From Vulcanimicrobiota bacterium (GTDB taxonomy: Bacteria > Vulcanimicrobiota > Xenobia > Xenobiales > JADMJV01), in contig JBFWNU010000001.1 of assembly GCA_050250895.1 (NCBI GenBank), positions 840,008 through 904,007 on the forward strand: a stretch of DNA of 64,000 nt. The letters are read 5' to 3'. This document shows positions 37,600-46,772 of this stretch, piece by piece. A model generated the notes under the pieces. The model searched no databases. It worked only from the letters and a program-made list of their open reading frames with translations, and was not told the DNA's origin. Position 1 is the stretch's first letter; the number at the start of each line of letters is the position of its first letter. The position numbers and the translations under genes were made by a program.

Positions 37600-38418
37600 A
37601 TGGCCATCAAGAAAACCGGCGCCGCCCCCAAAGCTGCAGCACCCAAACCAGCCCCCAAGGCGCCCCCGAAAACCGACAACAAAGTAGCCAAAGGACCCGA
37701 GGTCAAAGCCGACAACAAGACCGACAAGACTGACGCCACTGGCAAGGTCGACGGCGACAAGAAGACTGATGCCAAAAAGGCTGAAGACCCGAAAGACAAG
37801 TCCGATATAGAAAAGGCTAAAAACGAGAAGCCTGAAACCAAGGAAGAGAAGGAAGCTCTCGAAAAAAGAATTGAAGATCTCGAAAAAGCCCTGGCCGCCA
37901 AAGAAGGCAAAGATGGCAAAGACGACCAGAAGGCCGAAGAGGCAGCCGGCAACGAAGGCGCCCAGCAGGCCGGAGGCGGTGCTCCCGCTCAGAACCAGGG
38001 TGGCGGTCAGCAAGACATCAACCAGGAACTCCAGGGCCTGGCTTCGGCTGTCCTTGGCGGCGGTGGTCAGGGCGGCGGACCCCAGGGTCCGGGCGGCGGT
38101 GGCCAGCAGGGCCCTCGCGGCATCCAGGCGGCCGGCGGCCCTCGCGGTGGCGGCGGCCCGGGCGGAGCCCAGGGTGGCGGTCAACTGAAGAACGTTCTCG
38201 CCAGCCGCTACGGCCAGGCTCTCCAGAACAACGCCAACGAGATCAAAGACGAGACCCACCAGCTGGTTCAGGCAGCCCTGGGCGGGGGCGGCGGTCTCGG
38301 CGGCGGCGGCCAGAATGGCCTCAACGCTCTCGGTGGCGCGCTCAACCAGTTGCTGGGAGGCGGCGGTCAGGGTGGTGGCCCGCTAGCTGGTCTCGGCGGC
38401 GGTCAGCGCCTCGGCTAA
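37600..38418 (+). CDS. Low-complexity Lys/Asp-rich and Gly/Gln-rich protein (harpin-like composition)
   Basis: RBS AAGGAG, own terminator; no Cys or Trp. Confidence 0.75.
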   Translation: MAIKKTGAAPKAAAPKPAPKAPPKTDNKVAKGPEVKADNKTDKTDATGKVDGDKKTDAKKAEDPKDKSDIEKAKNEKPETKEEKEALEKRIEDLEKALAAKEGKDGKDDQKAEEAAGNEGAQQAGGGAPAQNQGGGQQDINQELQGLASAVLGGGGQGGGPQGPGGGGQQGPRGIQAAGGPRGGGGPGGAQGGGQLKNVLASRYGQALQNNANEIKDETHQLVQAALGGGGGLGGGGQNGLNALGGALNQLLGGGGQGGGPLAGLGGGQRLG

Positions 38419-38438
38419 AAGGCTAATCGATGACTCTT

Positions 38439-38466
38439 CAGAAGCCCCTCCACGGAGGGGCTTCTG
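38439..38466 (+). terminator. Hairpin terminator
   Basis: CAGAAGCCCCTCC/GGAGGGGCTTCTG. Confidence 0.6.
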
Positions 38467-38525
38467 TGTCTAAGGAAGGGTTTGCCGAACGTCTGGCTTC
38501 GTTATAATATAGAGTCAAGGACCTC

Positions 38526-40832
38526 ATGAACAAGGCCAACGTCGACCATAGAATTCGCATACTGGACAGGGCTATCGTCGACAATCCCGATGACGCCACG
38601 CTCTTGGTCAAGAAGGCGCGCTGCTACTCCGAGAAGGAAGACTACGCTCAAGCGGTGCGCCTTCTTGAGGCTGCCACCAAGATCGATAGCCACTATGCCC
38701 AGGCTAGCTTCGAATTGGGCATCGCCTACTCTCGACTCAAGAACTACGACAGCGCTATTCGCGAATGGGAAAAGATGGTCGACGCGGACGGTGACCTCAA
38801 TCTCGACGCCGTCGACTACAGTCGCTATCAAGCCATCGGCGGCGCCCTGGAGCGTTGGGCCGAATACCGCAAGGTCCGCGAAGAGAACATCTTCACCTAC
38901 TACAATCTCGGCATCGCCGCCATGGTCCTGGGCCGCGCCAAAGACGCTCTGCGAGCCTTTGACGAGGTCTCGAAGGTCAACACCTCCTTCGAGAAATGCC
39001 AGTATTACCGGGCCCGAATCTTGCGCCGAGAGAACAGAACCAGCGAAGCCATCACGGCCCTGACGAGATTTCTCGAATCGCGCCCCCGCGATCCTCACGC
39101 CAACTATCAACTCGGCCTGTGCCTGATGGAAGAGGGACGCACCAATCAGGCCATCAACTGCTTCAAGAAAGTGTTCGTAGACCGCCCCGAACACACCAAG
39201 AGCCACCTGCAGATGGCAGCCGCTTACGCCAACCTGATGCAGTTCGACGAGGCCATCGAGCACCTCCAGCGGGCCCTCAAGGTCAACTCGAATTCTCCCG
39301 AGGCTCACTATCAAATGGGGCAGTGTCTCGAGAAGAAATACCACATGGACGAGGCCTGCCAGGCCTACGAACGAGCCCTGGCCGCTCGCCCCGACTTCAA
39401 AGATGCCCACTTCTCGCTGGGGCTGCTGCAACGAACCCTGGCCCAGCACGAGAAAGCCCTTTTTCACCTCAACCGCACCGTCGAACTCGATCCCGAAGAG
39501 TCCGAGGCTTATTACTACAAGGGTATCGTGCTCTCGGATCTCAAACGTTACGACGAGGCCCTCAACCCGCTTCGCGAGGCAACCCAAAAGTCTCCCGACA
39601 ACGCCTTTGCTCACTATACGCTGGGCAAAGCATGCATGGGGTGCGGACACCTCGAAGAGGCCATCGGCTGCTTCCGCCGAGCCCTCGACATCAATCCCCG
39701 CGATGTCAAAGCCCGCACCGCGATGGGCCAGGCGTTTTTCGAACTCAATGAACTCACTCGCGCCAAGCGCCAATTCGAGAAGGTCATCGAATCCAATCCG
39801 AAAGAGGCCGAGGCCCACTATTTCTTGGGAGCCTGCGAATTTCGCCTCCACGACTATGGCCGCGCCATCGCCGCCTACCAAAAAGCGGCCCAGGTCAACC
39901 CGAAGAGCGCCCTCTACCATTTCACCCAGGGCGCCTTTTACTCGTACAACCGGCGCTACGACGAGGCCATCCAGTGGTTCATGCACGCTAGCGAAATCCG
40001 TCCCGAGAATGAAGCCGACCTCGGCATGTTCGCAACCCTGCAACTGCTGGCCACCGTCGGGATCGAGCACGCCCAGACCGGTATCGAATTACAGAAGTTC
40101 GCCAAGGAACGAGACCAGTTGTTCATGCGGTTCGTGCTGGCGCTGGCGCAATTTCTCGACGCCCGTGACCCTTACACCCGCTACCACTCGCGCCGAGTGG
40201 CGTCGATCGGCACCTTGCTGGCGCGGGACGGCCTGCAAAACATGGTCCGCACCGGCAAACTCGATCGCACCTACGTGCTGCCCAAGAACAAACTGGAAGG
40301 CATCTGGGTCGGCGGCTTGCTGCACGACATCGGCAAGATCGGAATTCGCGACAACGTTTTGCTCAAGAAGGGCAAGCTTGAGGACGATGAATACGAGAAG
40401 ATCAAGATGCACCCGGTCATCGGCTTCGAAGGCTTGCAGGGCGTAGACTTTCCCTGGCCTGAGGTGCTGCCCATCGTGCGCCACCATCACGAGAAATGGA
40501 ACGGTCATGGCTATCCCGACGGCAAAGCTCGCGACGATATCCCCTTCGAAGCCCAGATCATCGGCGTAGCCGACTTCTACGACGCACTGACCACTCACCG
40601 CCCTTATCGCCCCGCCTTTTCCGCGGACAAAGCCATGCGGATCATGATCGAAGAGAGCGGTAAATTCTTCAACCCCCTGCTGGTCGACGCCTTCGCCTCG
40701 ATTCTCGACACCGTGATGCTGCTGCCCGAGGCCCCCATCGACGAAACCGGCGAGTACGATTTCGCACCCTACGAGGAAGCTTTCGATAATCTACGAATCT
40801 CGTGGGGTTTCGGCGTTCCGGCCGCCACCTGA
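38526..40832 (+). CDS. TPR-repeat protein with C-terminal HD-GYP phosphodiesterase domain
   Basis: Many TPR units; RDPYTRYHSRRV, LLHDIGKIG, HHHEKWNGHGYPDG and VADFYDALTTHRPYR. Confidence 0.9.
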   Translation: MNKANVDHRIRILDRAIVDNPDDATLLVKKARCYSEKEDYAQAVRLLEAATKIDSHYAQASFELGIAYSRLKNYDSAIREWEKMVDADGDLNLDAVDYSRYQAIGGALERWAEYRKVREENIFTYYNLGIAAMVLGRAKDALRAFDEVSKVNTSFEKCQYYRARILRRENRTSEAITALTRFLESRPRDPHANYQLGLCLMEEGRTNQAINCFKKVFVDRPEHTKSHLQMAAAYANLMQFDEAIEHLQRALKVNSNSPEAHYQMGQCLEKKYHMDEACQAYERALAARPDFKDAHFSLGLLQRTLAQHEKALFHLNRTVELDPEESEAYYYKGIVLSDLKRYDEALNPLREATQKSPDNAFAHYTLGKACMGCGHLEEAIGCFRRALDINPRDVKARTAMGQAFFELNELTRAKRQFEKVIESNPKEAEAHYFLGACEFRLHDYGRAIAAYQKAAQVNPKSALYHFTQGAFYSYNRRYDEAIQWFMHASEIRPENEADLGMFATLQLLATVGIEHAQTGIELQKFAKERDQLFMRFVLALAQFLDARDPYTRYHSRRVASIGTLLARDGLQNMVRTGKLDRTYVLPKNKLEGIWVGGLLHDIGKIGIRDNVLLKKGKLEDDEYEKIKMHPVIGFEGLQGVDFPWPEVLPIVRHHHEKWNGHGYPDGKARDDIPFEAQIIGVADFYDALTTHRPYRPAFSADKAMRIMIEESGKFFNPLLVDAFASILDTVMLLPEAPIDETGEYDFAPYEEAFDNLRISWGFGVPAAT

Positions 40833-40931
40833 TGGAGGAAACGGCGAGGATACAGCAGAAGTAAGTCTAGAATTTTATTCAATCTTGGCCGATTTCCGAA
40901 CAGAAATCGTGCAGGTAGGGGTGCTAGCAAC

Positions 40932-42644
40932 TTGAAACAGCGCAGCCTCAAGCTGACCGTCCTGTGTCTCTTCGCCCTGGTCGCCTCCGCTGCGGCGGAC
41001 ACCTCCTTTGGGCACCTCACCTATCGTGGTGAGAACTTTCAACCTGAACTCAAGCAAGTAGACGGCCGAACTTTCTACTCGCTCGACGATCCCGAAATCA
41101 AACGACTGCTCGGCTACTCGACCTCACAACTCCAGTGGTCGTCTTCGGGCCAGACCCTCTATGTCTTCACCCCCGGCCGCGAGTCGTTTTGGTCCAACAA
41201 TTCCGATCGCGTCTCCGTCAACAAACAAGACATGACCGCCCCCGGACGGCTGCTTGCCTCCAACCAGGCGCGCCTGATGGAGCCTCAGGCTCTGCTTTAC
41301 GCCCTGAGTCTCCGGCCGTTTGCCAACGGCCAGGGCATGACCCTGTTGCCGGCGGTCACCGAAATGAAGGCAGTGGTCAGCGACGAGGCTACCAGCCACA
41401 TCGTGCTCCACACTTCTTCCCCGGTCAAGCCCACCGTCTCCAAGCCGATGCCCAACGTGTGCCAACTGTCCCTGGGCGAAGTCGTGTGGGACCTGCCCGA
41501 GCGCAAGTTCTGGTGTGGACCAGCCTGGGCCGAAGTCAAGGGAGGCACTGGCCTCGACGACCCTTTGACCATCGAACTGACCTACCGCCACAACTGGACC
41601 GGCCGACTCGACAACTCGAGCTTGCTCAACGATGTCAAAGTCGCTCTACAGCCCGACTTTCCCATCCCCAGCAACGCACCCAACTCTCGACTTGGCCAGG
41701 TCACGGTGCGCCCTCAGGCCAACGGCAACGTCGCCATGGTGGTCCTCGACACTCCCATGCAATACTTCTGGGACTACGACAAGCGCTCTGGCTGGGTAAC
41801 CATCGAAATCCCCCACGTTGAAGCAGCGAACCTGCCTCAACTGAAAGGCGTGTTCGAAGAAGCCAGGCTCAGCCTGATCGAGACCAGCGCCTATCCCGTT
41901 TTGCGCCTGGAAGGCCGTCTGCCTCAGGGCCAGGGCTTCGAGTTCTTCGAAGTAGAAGACTCGCCTTCGACGCTAGGTCTGCGCGTCGGCGCCGGCATCC
42001 AGGTAGCCGAGGCGCGCGGCGCTGCCACGACCGCCGGCTACGCCGTAGCACGCGGCACCATCGTCATCGACCCGGGCCACGGCGGCTCGGACCCGGGCTG
42101 TATGAACCGTACACTGGGGGTTCGCGAGTGTGACGTGACCCTGCAAATCTCCCTGAAACTGGCCGACATCCTTCGGGCCCAGGGATGGGAAGTGGTGCTC
42201 ACCCGCACCACCGATCGTGACGTCACCTACGCCGGCTCACCCGACAAGGACGAACTGGTGGCCAGATCCGATGTTGCCAACCGCATCAACGCCGACATCT
42301 TCGTCAGCATCCATTGCAACGCCGCCTACTCGAGCGCCCACAACGGCACCTCGATCCATTGGTACAAAGCCGAAGACTATCAGCTGGCCCAGAGCCTCGA
42401 GAACGTCCTCGGCTACAACGTCGGCTTCGGCCAGAAGGGCCTCATCCGCAACCGTTTCGTGGTCCTTCGCTACGCCCAGATGCCGTCGGTCCTGGTGGAG
42501 ACCGCCTACCTGACCAACAACCGCGAGGGTGCCATGCTCAGCAATCCCGCCTTCCAGAAGGTCATCGCTGAACAACTCGCCGGCGGATTGGCCAGCTACA
42601 TGCAGGGCGTCTACGCCAGCACCAAGCAACGTCGCAGCCAGTAG
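40932..42644 (+). CDS. N-acetylmuramoyl-L-alanine amidase (Amidase_3)
   Basis: Signal peptide; IVIDPGHGGSDPG, FVSIHCNA and PSVLVETAYLTN. Confidence 0.88.
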   Translation: MKQRSLKLTVLCLFALVASAAADTSFGHLTYRGENFQPELKQVDGRTFYSLDDPEIKRLLGYSTSQLQWSSSGQTLYVFTPGRESFWSNNSDRVSVNKQDMTAPGRLLASNQARLMEPQALLYALSLRPFANGQGMTLLPAVTEMKAVVSDEATSHIVLHTSSPVKPTVSKPMPNVCQLSLGEVVWDLPERKFWCGPAWAEVKGGTGLDDPLTIELTYRHNWTGRLDNSSLLNDVKVALQPDFPIPSNAPNSRLGQVTVRPQANGNVAMVVLDTPMQYFWDYDKRSGWVTIEIPHVEAANLPQLKGVFEEARLSLIETSAYPVLRLEGRLPQGQGFEFFEVEDSPSTLGLRVGAGIQVAEARGAATTAGYAVARGTIVIDPGHGGSDPGCMNRTLGVRECDVTLQISLKLADILRAQGWEVVLTRTTDRDVTYAGSPDKDELVARSDVANRINADIFVSIHCNAAYSSAHNGTSIHWYKAEDYQLAQSLENVLGYNVGFGQKGLIRNRFVVLRYAQMPSVLVETAYLTNNREGAMLSNPAFQKVIAEQLAGGLASYMQGVYASTKQRRSQ

Positions 42645-42661
42645 CCCCGACGACTCCAACG

Positions 42662-42690
42662 AAAGCCCTCGCCTCGGCGGGGGCTTTTTT
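42662..42690 (+). terminator. Intrinsic terminator
   Basis: AAAGCCCTCGCC-TC-GGCGGGGGCTTT followed by a T tract. Confidence 0.7.
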
Positions 42691-42715
42691 CGTTAGGGCA
42701 GCGGTGGGGCTGGAG

Positions 42716-43014
42716 AAAACCGCAAAGGCGCTGAGGCGCCGAGAGACCAACCTTCCAGCCTTGCCATCCACGCTCCAGCCGCACCGGCCTCAACCATAAA
42801 GATCCTAGAGAGCCTACTCCCCGCAAGCCTGCCACCCCTCCGCGCCTCTTTTCCTCTGCGGTTCATTCTTTCGTGGTGCAGCGCTGCAAAAACCGCAAAG
42901 GCGCCGAGGGACCAACCTCCCAGCCGCAACGGCCTCAACCATAAAGATGCTAGAGAGCCTACTCCCCGCAAGCCTGCCACCCCTCCGCGCCTCTTTCCTC
43001 TGCGGTTCATTCTT
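42716..43014. repeat. Two tandem copies of an intergenic repeat (about 125-155 bp)
   Basis: Near-identical CCAGCCGCA(C/A)CGGCCTCAACCATAAAGAT(C/G)CTAGAGAGCCTACTCCCCGCAAG...CTCTGCGGTTCATTCTT at 42716-42870 and 42888-43014. Confidence 0.9.
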
Positions 43015-43041
43015 CTCCAGGCTCGCTCGCGAGCGCCCGGC

Positions 43042-43072
43042 AAGAAAAAAGCCCCCTTTCGGGGGCCTTCTT
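43042..43072 (-). terminator. Terminator of ftsZ
   Basis: GCCCCC-TTTC-GGGGGC with an A tract on the plus strand. Confidence 0.65.
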
Positions 43073-44450
43073 ACTTGGCCTGGGCTTCTTCGCCCGACTC
43101 TTTGCGCCGGCTTCGGCGCCAGATGGCCGGAAGGTTCATCCAGCCGTTCTTGCGGTCGGCCGCGTTCTCGCGCTGGACCGGAGTCGGCATCGGCGGCTTG
43201 GGTGGCAGCGTCGGCTTGGCAGCCACCGCGGCCGCAGCTGTGGGCTTGGGAGCCATCGACGGCTTGGGAGCCATGGCCGGCTTGGGGGCCGTCGGGGCAG
43301 CAGGCTTGGCCGCCAAACCCGAGCGAGGAGGTGGAGGCAGCGTGCCGGCCGTCGGCTTGGCATCCGGCTTGTCCACCTGACGACGCCGCTCGAACGCGGT
43401 CAATTCTGAAGGAGGTAGCGCGGCAGTGGCCAGAGGGAGGATGTCGTTCTCGCGAAAGGTGGGCGCGTCAGCTTGAAAGCTGGGCAGCACCTCCCTTCCC
43501 TCCACGACGTCTTGAACCCGAGTGGCCACGACGGTGGCACGAGCCCGACCCGTCATGGTCTCATCCTGAACAAACCCGCACAAAACCATGGCGTCAGGCG
43601 CCGCCGATTCTTGCAGCAAACGAGAGGCCTCGGAGTAGTCGCGTAGCGACATGTCCGGACCGCCGGTGATATTCAGCAAGCAGCCACCGGCACCGTCTGG
43701 CGATCCGCCGACCAGGGGATTGGAAAGCGCCAGTTCGACGGCTCGAGTAGCCGTCGCCGCCGTGGCCATGCCGAAGATGGCTTTGCCAGAGCCCTCGAGC
43801 ACGGCCCGCACATCGGCAAAGTCCAGATTGATCACCCCGGGAACGGTGACAATCTCGGTCATTCCGCGAACGGCGTCGCAGAGCACCTGATCCACCACTT
43901 TGAAGCTTTCGTCGAGCGAACCCGAGCAGGCGTCCAACTGCAGCAATTTCTGGTTGGGCAACACCAACAAGGTATCGACCTCTTCTTCGAGCGCGGCCAC
44001 GCCCTCTTCGGCGACCCTGGTGCGACGCCGACCCTCGAACTCAAACGGCTTGGTGACGACAGCCACCACCAGGGCGCCCGCCTTCTTGGCCTCACGAGCC
44101 GCGATGGGAGCCGCACCGGTCCCGGTGCCACCCCCGAGCCCCGCGGTCAGAAACACCATGTCCACGCCCTGAAAGAGTTGACCCAGGCGGGAAGCGCTTT
44201 GCTCGGCCGCAAGACGCCCTAGCTCGTGGTTCGAGCCCGCGCCAAGCCCTCGGGTGGACCCCTCTCCGAGGAACAACACTTTAGGCCCCTTCTTGGTAGA
44301 CAACAGGGCCTGAGCGTCAGTATTGGCCAGGACCAGTTCGACCCCGACCGGCGGCCGCTCGGACAGCCGCGTGACTAGATTGCAGCCGGCTCCACCGAGA
44401 CCCATTACCAGGATACGGGCCGGTTGATCCGCGTGATTTCGGGTGGGCAT
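43071..44450 (-). CDS. ftsZ: Cell division protein FtsZ
   Basis: [28 protein letters not shown]7 loop INLDFADV; C-terminal NLPAIWRR. Confidence 0.92.
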   Translation of the reverse strand: MPTRNHADQPARILVMGLGGAGCNLVTRLSERPPVGVELVLANTDAQALLSTKKGPKVLFLGEGSTRGLGAGSNHELGRLAAEQSASRLGQLFQGVDMVFLTAGLGGGTGTGAAPIAAREAKKAGALVVAVVTKPFEFEGRRRTRVAEEGVAALEEEVDTLLVLPNQKLLQLDACSGSLDESFKVVDQVLCDAVRGMTEIVTVPGVINLDFADVRAVLEGSGKAIFGMATAATATRAVELALSNPLVGGSPDGAGGCLLNITGGPDMSLRDYSEASRLLQESAAPDAMVLCGFVQDETMTGRARATVVATRVQDVVEGREVLPSFQADAPTFRENDILPLATAALPPSELTAFERRRQVDKPDAKPTAGTLPPPPRSGLAAKPAAPTAPKPAMAPKPSMAPKPTAAAAVAAKPTLPPKPPMPTPVQRENAADRKNGWMNLPAIWRRSRRKESGEEAQAK

Positions 44451-44616
44451 ATCAGCACCCGCCTTTCAATAAATGCTGCTGGAATATTCTTCAATTTATC
44501 CTGACCTCCTTCTCCCCTGATCAAAAAAACTTCGATTTCATGGGATTTAGAACGTCTGTTCGCAAGTCCCGCCCTGCCGGGGCAAGAAAGGTTGCCCCTC
44601 CGTCGAAGCCCCGGCG

Positions 44617-45549
44617 ATGGACGGTAGTGAGTTTTTCGAGAAGATGCTGGCCAACCTCGAGCGGGTGGTCCGGGGCAAGAAGGAAGTGCTGGAACAGTTG
44701 CTGGTCGCCATTCTGGCCGGAGGCAACGTGCTGCTCGAAGATGTTCCCGGAGTCGGCAAGACCACTCTGGCCAAGACGCTGGCCCGCACCATCGGGGGCG
44801 ACTTCAAGCGAGTCCAGTTCACGCCCGACTTGCTGCCTACCGACATTCTCGGCTCTTCCATCTACAACCCCAAGGAAGGCTCTTTCGATTTCAAACGGGG
44901 TCCGGTCTTTGCCAACATCCTGCTAGCCGACGAAGTCAACCGCGCCTCGCCCCGCACCCAGTCGAGCCTGCTCGAGGCCATGAGCGAGCGCCAGGTCACC
45001 ATCGAGGGCGTCAGCTATCCTCTGCCCGAGCCCTTTCTGGTTCTGGCCACCCAGAATCCGGTAGAATTCCACGGCACCTATCCCCTGCCCGAGGCCCAGC
45101 TCGACCGCTTCGCCATGAAACTGGCCATGGGCTATCCCAGCCTGGAAGACGAATTGTCGGTGCTCGAAGGCCAACGGCGGGCCCACCCCCTCGACAGCCT
45201 GGAGGTGGCCGCCAAACTCGAAGAGGTGATCGAGGCCCAGGCAGCCGTGCGCGAGGTGAAGGTAGCGCCCGAGGTTTCTCGCTACATCCTTGGCCTGGTC
45301 CACGCCACCCGTGAAGAGCCGCGCTTGAAGCTCGGCTCGAGCCCCCGCGGTGCCCTGGCCCTCTATCGCAGCAGCCAGGCGCGGGCCTTCACCCAGGGCC
45401 GAGACTACGTCTTGCCCGACGACGTCAAGGCCCTGGCCATGGCCGTGTTGGCTCACCGGTTGGTGCTCGACACCAAGTCCAAGTATTCGGGGGTCTCCAA
45501 AGCCACCATCACTCAGGAGTTGCTCGAAAAGGTGCCCGTCACGGCTTGA
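44617..45549 (+). CDS. MoxR-family AAA+ ATPase
   Basis: LLEDVPGVGKT, QFTPDLLPTD, ADEVNRASP and ATQNP...PLPEAQLDRF. Confidence 0.93.
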   Translation: MDGSEFFEKMLANLERVVRGKKEVLEQLLVAILAGGNVLLEDVPGVGKTTLAKTLARTIGGDFKRVQFTPDLLPTDILGSSIYNPKEGSFDFKRGPVFANILLADEVNRASPRTQSSLLEAMSERQVTIEGVSYPLPEPFLVLATQNPVEFHGTYPLPEAQLDRFAMKLAMGYPSLEDELSVLEGQRRAHPLDSLEVAAKLEEVIEAQAAVREVKVAPEVSRYILGLVHATREEPRLKLGSSPRGALALYRSSQARAFTQGRDYVLPDDVKALAMAVLAHRLVLDTKSKYSGVSKATITQELLEKVPVTA

Positions 45550-46772
45550 GACGCTTCGACCTGGGAGAGACTTTCCTGGCTCGCTGGATGCGCGCCCTCT
45601 TCCGCGATCGCTTGACCGAACCGGGCCGCTGCGTGTTCTGGTTGTTCCTGCTGGCCACCGCCATCGGCATGACCTCTTTCGTGGTGCATGTCTACCTGGT
45701 CTGGTGCGCTTTGCTGGGCATCAGCCTGACCTCGATCGTGGCCGCCCGACTGGCCCGAGTGCCACTGAGCCTGAGAGCCGAACTGCCCGAGCGGGTGACC
45801 TGCGGAGCCGAGGTGGCCATCACCGTGACCGCCCACAACCCCAACCCACGCCGCGCTGTGGATATCGAATTGCGGCCCTATCGACTGCCCCCGACCATGC
45901 AGTGCCGGCCCACCACCGTGCGTTTTCAAGAGATCGCGCCAGACCAGACCGTGAAATCGGCCCTGCAACTAAGCTTCCGGCAACGAGGCCACTACCTCTT
46001 GCCGGGCTGGCGCCAGGACTGTCTCTTCCCCTGGGGATTATGGCGCGACAGCCTGACTCACGAGCGACCCGCCGCCCTGCTGGTCTATCCTCACTTCATT
46101 CCACTGGCCAGCCTGGACATTCCAGTGGGGCGACGCTACCAGCCCGGAGGCATCGCGCTCACTTCTTACCTGGGCGACAGCACCGAGTTCTTGTCCACCC
46201 GCGAGTTTCGCGAAGGCGACAGCATCCGCTCCATCCATTGGAAGTCGTGGGCCCGTCTGGGCAAACCGATCGTCAAGGAATTCCAGGAAGAGTACTTCTG
46301 CCGGATCGCCCTCCTGCTGGACACCTTCCTACTCGACTCCGGCCAGGAGCGCGACACCTTCGAGGCGGCCGTGTCACTGGCCGCGGCCGTGGCCGACAGC
46401 CTATCGCGCGATGAATACGTCATCGACATCTTCGCGGCCGGGCCTGAACTGTATCACTTTCAGGCCGGACGCAGCCTGGCTTATCTGCAGAACGTGATGG
46501 ACATCCTGGCCTGCATCGAGCCCTCGCAAGACCCGCCTTTCGAGAAGATCGAGCCCGTCCTCTTGGAGTTTCTCGAGAACATCACCACCACCGTGGTGGT
46601 CCTGCTCGACTGGGATGAACGCCGTCAGCGGATGCTGCGCGTGATCCGCGAGCGCGGTTCGGCCGTAAAAGCCGTGTTGGTGCGCGAGACTCCCCCCAAG
46701 CAAGACCCGGCTGAAGAGGGCCTGATCTGGCTCAAACCCGAACAAATTCGAGCCGGAGTCGAAGACCTGTGA
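45546..46772 (+). CDS. DUF58 domain protein
   Basis: EFLSTREFREGDSIRSIHWKSWAR...IVKEF. Confidence 0.88.
   Translation: MRRFDLGETFLARWMRALFRDRLTEPGRCVFWLFLLATAIGMTSFVVHVYLVWCALLGISLTSIVAARLARVPLSLRAELPERVTCGAEVAITVTAHNPNPRRAVDIELRPYRLPPTMQCRPTTVRFQEIAPDQTVKSALQLSFRQRGHYLLPGWRQDCLFPWGLWRDSLTHERPAALLVYPHFIPLASLDIPVGRRYQPGGIALTSYLGDSTEFLSTREFREGDSIRSIHWKSWARLGKPIVKEFQEEYFCRIALLLDTFLLDSGQERDTFEAAVSLAAAVADSLSRDEYVIDIFAAGPELYHFQAGRSLAYLQNVMDILACIEPSQDPPFEKIEPVLLEFLENITTTVVVLLDWDERRQRMLRVIRERGSAVKAVLVRETPPKQDPAEEGLIWLKPEQIRAGVEDL

Noticed and set aside
38502-40070. Long antisense ORFs (also 19562-21046, 49223-50554, 1689-2861 and 33081-34253)
   Set aside because: Shadow frames opposite well-supported genes, expected in high-GC DNA, with no recognisable motifs.
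42716-43014. CRISPR array
   Set aside because: Only two long units, no short repeats with unique spacers and no cas genes.
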